From assembly GCA_012522705.1 (NCBI GenBank), contig JAAYJY010000176.1, positions 1 to 39,188 on the forward strand: a stretch of 39,188 nucleotides of DNA. The letters are read 5' to 3'. Each line of letters begins with the position of its first letter. Position 1 is the stretch's first letter. This document shows, one piece after another, positions 31,930 to 39,188 of this stretch. The translations under genes were made by a program, and so were the position numbers. The stretch is from Syntrophomonadaceae bacterium (lineage in GTDB: Bacteria; Bacillota; Syntrophomonadia; Syntrophomonadales; Syntrophomonadaceae). The notes beneath the pieces were generated by a model that did no database searches, was not told where the DNA came from, and was given only the letters and a program-made list of their open reading frames with translations.

Positions 31930-32742
31930 TCAAGGTTGCACCGCTTGCAGGAAACTGGCCAGTTTTTCACATCGGTCTAGTCCTTCATACCGTGATAGGT
32001 CGATGGTGTTTATGCCCATGCTTTCCAGAAGCACACTGGTCACATGACCTGGTTCGAAGAGCAGGATGTAGGAATCAGGAATATCCCTGGGGTCGACTTC
32101 GTACATCATACGCCGCAATTTGAACCAGAGGTAGCGGATGTTGAAATCAGAAAAACTATAACCGATAAATAAAAGACTTTTGCCCAGGCTGTCGGCCCGC
32201 AGTTTAATATCGATCGGGGTGACAAATTCCAGACGTTTGTAATAATCTGACTCGGTCAGAACCAGAGAATCATCCACTTCCAAAGAACCATGGAACTTCA
32301 CTATTTGAACCTCACTGCAGCCGGTGGTCTGAATAATGTCAGCAGTAGTCACTATTACTTTATAAGGCATAGCGAGTTCGGCAAAACTTCTCTCCAGCAA
32401 ACGGTCATAATTGGTGGTATAGATGATGGAGGCTCCCAACTGGGCCAAGAGCTGATGGGGTCGTGATAAAGCCACATCCTGGTCAGGCAGGCAAGAACGC
32501 AGTCTATTTAATACTGGTGTTGATGACCCGTCATGGATGATCTTTAGGTATTCAGTAAGATGCAACAGGTCTGTATCTGGAGGTATTGGTTCATCTGCAT
32601 CGAGGTTAAAGTGTTTTAGGAGTTTTTGAGTCAGCGCCAAGGTAGAAGGAAGTCCGGCGTTTTCAGAAAAACCGGCTCCAATAAAAGGGATAAGCTTATG
32701 ATTTTTGATCAATTGCCGCAATGCGATAGTATCGGACGTCAT
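31930..32742 (-). CDS. SIR2-like (SIR2_2) domain protein, standalone, 270 aa
   Basis: IPFIGAGFS, IYTTNYD, VKFHGS and LFIGYSFSD motifs. ATG 32742 is preceded by GGAGG. Confidence 0.88.
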   Translation of the reverse strand: MTSDTIALRQLIKNHKLIPFIGAGFSENAGLPSTLALTQKLLKHFNLDADEPIPPDTDLLHLTEYLKIIHDGSSTPVLNRLRSCLPDQDVALSRPHQLLAQLGASIIYTTNYDRLLERSFAELAMPYKVIVTTADIIQTTGCSEVQIVKFHGSLEVDDSLVLTESDYYKRLEFVTPIDIKLRADSLGKSLLFIGYSFSDFNIRYLWFKLRRMMYEVDPRDIPDSYILLFEPGHVTSVLLESMGINTIDLSRYEGLDRCEKLASFLQAVQP

Positions 32743-32865
32743 GTCATACCTCCAGGGGCCATCTACACACTTCACGACATTGAGAATAAGAAATGTCAAT
32801 GTCAAGGGGACGGTTCTCTCGATACCTCCGTAGTTGCATGTATATTATGAGCACAGCAGTTTAGG

Positions 32866-32986
32866 CCCATTTCTAGCGCAGCATTACCGTTCTTTCGAAA
32901 CGCAGCTAGAAATCTAACCTGTCCGGAATTTAGACTTCACTGTGTTAAGAGTGACACTAATGTCATCCTGAGCAAGCGAAGGATCT
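32866..32986. repeat. Cluster of degenerate REP-like palindromes in alternating orientation
   Basis: Copies at ~32866-32882 (partial), ~32887-32915 (+), 32932-32956 (-) and 32961-32986 (+, TGTCATCCTGAGCAAGCGAAGGATCT); related to the 7539-7565 copy. Confidence 0.6.
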
Positions 32987-33329
32987 GCGAACGATGGGAA
33001 GCTATACAATCTAGGTGTGTGACCCCGCAAAACTTTGGATTTAGCTTGCACACAAAGGTTGCAATAAATACCCAGCCGATTGCAATGTAGCAGGGGTGGG
33101 GAGTTAGTAAATCGGACTGGTTCGTAAATTCCGGGGAAAGCGTAAACTCAAGAGTACTGTGGATATGATAGGGGACAATCAGGTAAATGTTCTTGATAAG
33201 GGTGAAGTGCTAAGCTATAGTGACAATATAATCACATCTGAAGTTTATTTGCATGGTATTGAAAACAAGGCCAGTTTGCGTTAGCATTTCCTAGCCGTTG
33301 CGTTTGAATATCGAATGGGGAGAATAAAT

Positions 33330-34079
33330 ATGGGATTGATCAATCCGCAAGCAGCGTCATTTTTAATAACTGGAGCTAAAGACACCGCTTGCATCTTTAT
33401 TCATGGATTTACCGCTTCACCTTCGTAGGTTTACCCAGTAGCCGGGATAGTCTTTGCAGAGACCGGAATAACGGTCAGCGGACCGTTGCTGCCCGGGCAT
33501 GGCTGTTCCCCGCAGGAGATGAATCAAACCAACTGGGAGGATTGGTATGGCCGAGTCGAACAGGAGATCAGGTATTTAAAGAAAGAACATCGTCGAGTTT
33601 ATATTACCGGCTTATCAATGGGAGCCCTGCTGGGTTTGCATGCCGCCAGTGAAACTAAAGATATCGACGGGCTCATCGTCATCAATACCCCTATCTACAC
33701 CACCTCCCCGCGTCTGATGAGCTTGGCGCCCCTGCTGCGCTATGTTAGGCCCTATTATCCTAAAAAAAGACAAGGTGATCTGATGGAACTGTCCCGACAG
33801 GGGCGGTTTGCTTACGATGTGATGCCGCTGAAAGCACTGCAAAGCATGCATGTCTTGCGGGATAAGGTGATCAAGGAACTGCCCGGTCTGGACTTACCGA
33901 TTTTACTAATGCAGTCACGTTGGGATGAGACCGTCGACCCCCGCAGCGCCCGCTTTATCAAGGAGAAAGCCCAGCGGGCGCCAGTTAGGTTGGTGGCACT
34001 TGAAAACTCCGGTCATTGCGCCACTATGGGGCCGGATACCGGTGTGATTGCCGATCAGATTATCGAATTTTTGAAATGA
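33330..34079 (+). CDS. Alpha/beta-hydrolase carboxylesterase (YvaK/Est30-like) with in-frame TAG at 33426-33428
   Basis: ATG 33330 after GGGGAG reads MGLINPQAASF..IFIHGFTASPS*VYPVA..LLPGHG, in frame with ORF 33486-34079 (GLSMG nucleophile, WDETVD, SGH). 249 aa if read through; conserved secG-est-rnr-smpB position. Confidence 0.87.
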
Positions 34080-34141
34080 GTGGAAGAAACTATAAAGCAG
34101 GCAGTGTAGATACTGTAACATAAATAAGGAGGCACGCAACC

Positions 34142-34693
34142 TTGGACAGAGATGCCGCGTTGGATTTATTGAAACAAAACCTGCATAATGAGAACCTAAT
34201 CAATCATTCCCTGGCGGTGGAAGCCATTATGAGGGGATTGGCGGAGTACTTGGGCCAGGATGTGGAGAAATTTGGCCTGGCCGGACTTTTGCACGATATC
34301 GACTACGACCAGACCGGGGATGACTTCCATCGGCATTCTCTGGTAGCAGCCGAGATGCTGGAGAAAGAAGGATTAGCGGAGGACATTGTTTACGCGGTCA
34401 AGGTTCATAATGAGATCCATGGATTGGAACGGAAAAGCCTTCTGGATAAAACGCTATATGCCGCCGACCCGGTCAGTGGATTCATAACTGCGGCAGCCTT
34501 GGTGCGCCCCGATAAAAAGCTGGCTGAGGTGCAGATGAAATCCCTGCGCAAAAGATTCAAGGAAACCGCTTTTGCCCGGGGCGCCAGCCGGGAGCAGATG
34601 GACACTTGTGTGGACTTGGGCCTGGAAAGGGAAGAGTTTTTGAATATTGCCTTGGAGAGCATGAAGAAAATTTCCGCTCAGATCGGGCTGTGA
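34142..34693 (+). CDS. HDIG/HD-domain metal-dependent phosphohydrolase
   Basis: HSLAVE, GLLHDID, H-H-D pattern; AAGGAGG RBS. Confidence 0.9.
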   Translation: MDRDAALDLLKQNLHNENLINHSLAVEAIMRGLAEYLGQDVEKFGLAGLLHDIDYDQTGDDFHRHSLVAAEMLEKEGLAEDIVYAVKVHNEIHGLERKSLLDKTLYAADPVSGFITAAALVRPDKKLAEVQMKSLRKRFKETAFARGASREQMDTCVDLGLEREEFLNIALESMKKISAQIGL

Positions 34694-34781
34694 ACTAAAC
34701 TGGCCGTGGATTTGTAAGAACCCTGTAAATTGTGGGTATACTGTTAGAGTAATACCTACTGGAAATGGAAGGGGTGGGATA

Positions 34782-36890
34782 TTGCTTACCCGCGAGGATA
34801 TCCTCAACCATATGCAACAGGAAAGCTACCGGCCTTTGTCGTATCAGGAGCTGGCCAACACTTTTCATATCGAAGATATAGATCAGGTTAAGTTTGCCAA
34901 GATAATCGGCCGCCTGCAAAAAGACGGCGAAATCCTTAAGACCCGTAAGGATAAATACGGTTTACCGGAGAAGATGAACACCTACCGCGGCATGATAAAA
35001 CTCAGCCAGCGCGGCTACGGAATCTTCACCCCGGAGGATGCCGACCTGGGCGAGGTCTTTATTTATGGCCGTAATTTGAATGGAGCCATGCATGAAGACC
35101 GGGTTCTGGTCCGGATCAACCAGCGAGGCGGTGGTGACCAGCGCCCTGAAGGCGAAGTTATCCTGGCCGTAACCAGGGCTCACAAGGCACTGGTGGGCAC
35201 CTTTAGGAAATAGCGCCAGGCAGCCCAGGTTACCCAGGACGATTCCCGTCAAATCTATCCGATTTATGTAAAGGTCAATGACAAGAGCAAGGTGCGCAAT
35301 GGGGACAAGGTCCTGGTCAGAATCAGCACCTGGCCGGACAAGGACCGTTACCCGGATGGAGAGATCGTGGAGGTTTTCGGCAGGAAGGGGCAGCCGGGGG
35401 TGGACCTGCAGATCGTGATCAAAAAACATGCCCTGCGGGACCGTTTTCCAAACTCGGTGCTGGAAGAAGCCCGACGAGTGGCGCACCGGGGAGCAGAGAC
35501 CGATTTGGCTGGCAGGCGTGATCTGCGCGAGTTGCGGATGGTGACCATCGACGGGGAAGACGCCAAGGACCTGGATGATGCGGTTTCGATAGAGAGGAAA
35601 AGGGGCGGCTACCAGTTGGGGGTGCATATTGCCGATGTATCCCATTATGTGAAAGAAGACAGCAAGCTTGATAAAGAAGCCTGCGAGCGCGGCACCAGCG
35701 TATATCTGATTGACAAGGTTCTGCCCATGCTGCCAGCGGAACTGTCCAATGGTATCTGCAGCTTGAACGCAGGGGAGGATCGCTTGGCCATAAGTTGTAT
35801 CATGGACATCGATGGGTCCGGTAAGGTGCGCAAATATGAGATTGTCCCGTCGCTTATACATATCGATCAACGCATGACCTACACCACCGTCAACCTCATT
35901 CTGGAACAGAACGATGCGTGTGCCATCGCTGCTTACCAGCCCTTGATAGATGATTTCCGATTGATGAAGGAATTGGCCGACATACTCCGCAGCGAGAGGA
36001 TGAACCGGGGAGCTTTGGATTTCGACTTCCCCGAGCCTAAAGTAATAGTAAACGAGCAGGGATTTCCTTTAGAAATTAAAGTGCGGGAGAGCGGCGCGGG
36101 CGAAATGCTCATTGAAGATTTCATGATCAAAGCCAACGAAGTAGTAGCCGAACACCTGATTAAAAAGGAAGCTCCGGCACTTTACCGGGTACATGAAAAA
36201 CCGCAAGGCGACTCATTGCTGCGGCTGAACAATGTGCTGGGCGTATTCGGGCAGAAACTCCTTGAAAATCGGATCAATCCCAAGGAGTTCCAGAGGATCC
36301 TTAATGAGATCAAAGGCAGCCCCGGAGAAAAGACCATATCCCTGATGCTGCTGCGGTCGATGAAACATGCCCGCTACGCACCCCAGCCGTTAGGGCATTT
36401 TGGCCTGGCTTCCCAATATTATTGCCACTTCACCAGTCCCATTCGCCGATACCCGGACCTAGTCGTGCACCGGGCTCTGAAATTGCTGCTGGCCGGGGGA
36501 ATTAAGGGCTCGCGAAAAGTCCAGTTGGAAAAGAAAATGGGCTACTACAGCGAACGCTCCACTATCCAGGAGATCAAGGCCGAGGAAGCAGAGCGTGACT
36601 TGGTAGCCATCAAAAAATGCCAGTATATGCAGCAGTTTATTGGCGAGGAGTTCGATGCCACCATATCATCGGTGCTGTCCTTCGGGTTCTTTGTGGAACT
36701 GCCTAATACTGTTGAGGGTCTGGTTCACATATCCAGCATCCATGATGATTATTATCAGTTCAATGACCGCAACTTTACCTTGACCGGCAACTACAGCGGC
36801 AAGAAGTATGCTATTGGGGACCCGGTCCGGGTCCTGCTGGTCAAAGTAGACATAGATGACGTAAAGATCGATTTCGAACTGGTCTGCTAG
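34782..36890 (+). CDS. rnr: Ribonuclease R with in-frame TAG at 35211-35213
   Basis: HTH + CSD1 (34782-35213) and CSD2/RNB/S1 (35292-36890) are in the same frame with no other stop between them. TIDGEDAKDLDDA, HFTSPIRRYPDL. 702 aa if read through. Confidence 0.93.
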
Positions 36891-36927
36891 TGCGGGGATT
36901 TCATACCTTCACTGGTAACTGAACGCA

Positions 36928-36957
36928 TTGACTGGCTGGAGCTCCCTCCTATATAAT
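36928..36957 (+). promoter_or_regulatory. Near-consensus sigma-A promoter upstream of smpB
   Basis: TTGACT-18 bp-TATAAT. Confidence 0.6.
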
Positions 36958-36976
36958 AAAGAAGCATTGTTCAGCC

Positions 36977-37020
36977 AACCTTGGCCCGGGCGCTAAACTT
37001 CCTGGTGCGAGGGTTTTTTT
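36977..37020 (+). terminator. Imperfect GC-rich hairpin with T7 tail
   Basis: AACCTTGGCCCGGG pairs with CCTGGTGCGAGGGTT and runs into TTTTTTT (37014-37020). Confidence 0.55.
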
Positions 37021-37062
37021 ATCGAAGCCACGGGTTATGTTCAAACTAATTGGAGAAAGCCG

Positions 37063-37536
37063 ATGAAGAAAAAGAAAGGCCTGCCGGCCGCAGTTGAGAA
37101 CCGGAAGGCCAGACACGAATATCATATAGAGGATACATATGAGGCCGGTCTGGTGCTGGTTGGCACCGAGGTCAAGTCCTTGCGGGCGGGCAAAGCCAAT
37201 CTCCAGGATGCCTATGCGGCCATCAAGGATGGAGAGGCGTGGGTTTACAACTTCCATATCAGTCCCTATGAACAGGGCAATCAGTTTAACCATGATCCCA
37301 AGCGGCCCAAGAAACTCCTCCTGCACAAGAGTGAGATAAGGCGCCTGCTATCCATGCAGAGAGAAAAAGGCTACACTTTGGTTCCTCTGAAGGTATACTT
37401 CAAACAGGGTAAGGCCAAGATGAACTTGGCGGTGGCGGTAGGCAAGAAACTGTATGACAAGCGCCAGGACATTGCCGAGCGGTCTGCCCGCCGGGACATA
37501 GAACGAGCCATCAAGGAAAAAGGGCGGGGCGAATAG
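37063..37536 (+). CDS. smpB: SsrA-binding protein
   Basis: [41 protein letters not shown]. Confidence 0.98.
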   Translation: MKKKKGLPAAVENRKARHEYHIEDTYEAGLVLVGTEVKSLRAGKANLQDAYAAIKDGEAWVYNFHISPYEQGNQFNHDPKRPKKLLLHKSEIRRLLSMQREKGYTLVPLKVYFKQGKAKMNLAVAVGKKLYDKRQDIAERSARRDIERAIKEKGRGE

Positions 37537-37657
37537 GCATCATTCACCTGATGCAGGATAAGCACCGATATGGTATACTATTACTGTTGGTAGATGTACA
37601 CCAACCGGTTCTTTTAAAATAATCCGTATTCGGCAGCCATTATGTACTCCTTAATAA

Positions 37658-38006
37658 GGGGGCGCAATGGTTTCGACGGGGGATAAGATGGGTTGAGAAG
37701 CGAGCCGAGTTGTCGCCAGCTCGTTAAAAAGGTGAAAAAACTACAACTGCCGAAGATAACTTCGCACTAGCGGCTTACGCCGCTCGTCCGGCCAGGTTTC
37801 CTAGCGGCCTGGTGCAGGGCGTCACTTAGTTAGGGTACCCTTTAGCCTTCTTTCTCGAGGGGCTTTATGGGGAAACCAATCGGGGATAGCTTAAGGAAGC
37901 CTGTTCGTGGGCGTCTGGATGGCGAAACTCAAATCACGAACTGCGCTCGGAGATGCTCTTCTGGTCTTTCTTTCGGACGGGGGTTCGACTCCCGCCGCCT
38001 CCACCA
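37658..38006 (+). ncRNA. ssrA: Transfer-messenger RNA (tmRNA)
   Basis: 5' GGGGGCG...TTTCGACGGG and 3' GGTTCGACTCCCGCCGCCTCCACCA form an Ala acceptor stem with G3-U. Tag frame from 37749 reads AEDNFALAA. Lies downstream of smpB; TGGTATACT promoter element at 37571-37579. Confidence 0.97.
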
Positions 38007-38020
38007 TTATATTTTAGAAT

Positions 38021-38278
38021 TCACACCCCTGTAATTATCGTTTTTTTGCGGTGTTGCATGGGTTTTTGCTTGCCTTTGGCAAAATGTTGTTCCTTACAAG
38101 GTTCACCCACTTCGTTGAACAGTGGGCCCTGCTCAATCTTCGCCTTGTACTCGATCATTTTCCGTTCGACCTGGGCGTCGCTGCGACCTCGAAAAGGTAC
38201 GCGCTTTCCGTTGATGACCCGAATCGCTTCATGGAGACCGTCTGGCCTGACATAGTATTTGGGTTTTTTCTTGGCCAT
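38021..38278 (-). pseudogene. Truncated phage tyrosine integrase (N-terminal arm-binding region only)
   Basis: 'MAKKKPKYYVRPDGLHEAIRVINGKRVPFRGRSDAQVERKM..GPLFNEV' resembles Firmicute phage integrase N-termini. It ends after about 85 aa with no catalytic domain and abuts ssrA. Confidence 0.6.
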
Positions 38279-38280
38279 TA

Positions 38281-39117
38281 TTATTCACCTCTTTTCGTTA
38301 TTCGTTTAAAAGCCTTCTGATTCTTTTTCTCTAGTTTTTTAATACTGTCTTCTACCGGGAGATTCTCAGGCATGGTCCCACCCAACTCTTCAATAGTATC
38401 CCTGACTTTTCTTCCTACCTTGTAATGAGTTCTGTTAGCATTTTCTTTGCCTTGAATATTATCACGGCGAAGCTTCTCTTCTGTTTGTGTTGCGCGGAAA
38501 AGGTTGGCTGCGAGTTCTGTACTACCCATATGATCAAGAATATTTTGTGACTTTTTTAACTGTTTACGGCGATGAATATCTTTGGCCTCCAGTCCTCCGT
38601 AAAGGCCTTTATAGCCGTGATTCTGAAATATGGCAAAGTCCAATCCGGTATCTACCCCTGAATCTTTGGCTGCACTAGCAAGATATGTATTATGCTTCTT
38701 GAGTTCTTGCCTGAGCATTAACCGTTTATCATCTTCAGATGCCTGTTCGAATAACTCTTGTTTTCGCGTTTGGACAGCGAAATACGTTTGACCCATGGCC
38801 ACAATTTCTTTGGACGGATCAGCATTTTGTACAATTAAATAACATGCATAACGAGATAAATGATAATTTTCTATTGTTCTCTTTGCTTTGCTTCCGATAT
38901 CGACCAATTCGTTTATTTGCACGAAATGGTTTTCTATAATCTGCTGGCTGTTTTCGCACGCTTTCATAGCTTTTTTGATAACAGGTAAAAAATTTCTATA
39001 TTCAGCATATTCGAGGATTATCATTAAATCTCTAGCCGACCAGTATTCCATGTTTTGTTTAGTCACTTTTTTTATTTGTTCAAAGGGTGATTGGATCCCA
39101 ACTGGTTTGTCGGTCAT
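38281..39117 (-). CDS. dinD: DNA damage-inducible protein D (Bro-N domain)
   Basis: EYWSARDL, LSRYACYLIVQNADPSKE, GQTYFAVQTRKQE, FQNHGYKGLYGG, ILDHMGSTELAANLFRATQ. Confidence 0.93.
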   Translation of the reverse strand: MTDKPVGIQSPFEQIKKVTKQNMEYWSARDLMIILEYAEYRNFLPVIKKAMKACENSQQIIENHFVQINELVDIGSKAKRTIENYHLSRYACYLIVQNADPSKEIVAMGQTYFAVQTRKQELFEQASEDDKRLMLRQELKKHNTYLASAAKDSGVDTGLDFAIFQNHGYKGLYGGLEAKDIHRRKQLKKSQNILDHMGSTELAANLFRATQTEEKLRRDNIQGKENANRTHYKVGRKVRDTIEELGGTMPENLPVEDSIKKLEKKNQKAFKRITKRGE

Positions 39118-39188
39118 TATGAAGCCCCTTTCAAATTAAGTGAAAACCACAACTTTTGCTCAACCTCACCATCGGATCGGCCCCGGAA

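Larger units (their letters stand above)
38007..39188. mobile_element. Left end of a prophage/genomic island integrated at the tmRNA 3' end (continues beyond the window)
   Basis: Abrupt shift to AT-richer sequence right after the CCA, with an integrase N-terminal fragment and dinD oriented toward ssrA. Confidence 0.7.

Noticed and set aside
33219..33237. Possible Rex/CRP site (GTGACAATATAATCAC)
   Set aside because: Half-site spacing is N8, not the N6 of Rex/CRP boxes, and flanks do not match.
32743..33329. CRISPR array or hidden small gene in the long intergenic region
   Set aside because: Repeats are degenerate, inverted and irregularly spaced with no spacer periodicity; no ORF with a credible RBS was found.

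Overview
Mostly core chromosome of an anaerobic Clostridia-class firmicute; gene content and order suggest Syntrophomonadaceae, which is an inference. Gene order: MinJ-like PDZ membrane protein, PRK06851-like ATPase, uvrB-uvrA, a three-gene NuoE/NuoF/GltD-NuoG flavoenzyme cluster resembling the electron-bifurcating Stn-type transhydrogenase (StnABC), uvrC, YvlD-like holin family, DUF362 Fe-S protein, PGI/PMI, rapZ-whiA-rpoN, cggR-gap-pgk-tpiA-gpmI-eno, secG, a divergent K+-independent membrane pyrophosphatase with a structured leader, a standalone SIR2-like gene flanked by palindromic REP-like elements, then esterase-HDIG-rnr-smpB-ssrA. An AT-richer integrated element starts at the tmRNA 3' end (truncated integrase plus dinD). 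The most striking signal is that three otherwise full-length genes (StnC-like, esterase, rnr) are each interrupted by one in-frame TAG and never by TAA or TGA, while two TAG-terminated genes are in frame with the next gene. This may indicate amber read-through or recoding (e.g. pyrrolysine or a suppressor tRNA). However, TAG also ends 10 of 28 genes, pgk has a homopolymer frameshift, and the tmRNA tag lacks its expected stop codon, so assembly error or genome decay remains a serious alternative.
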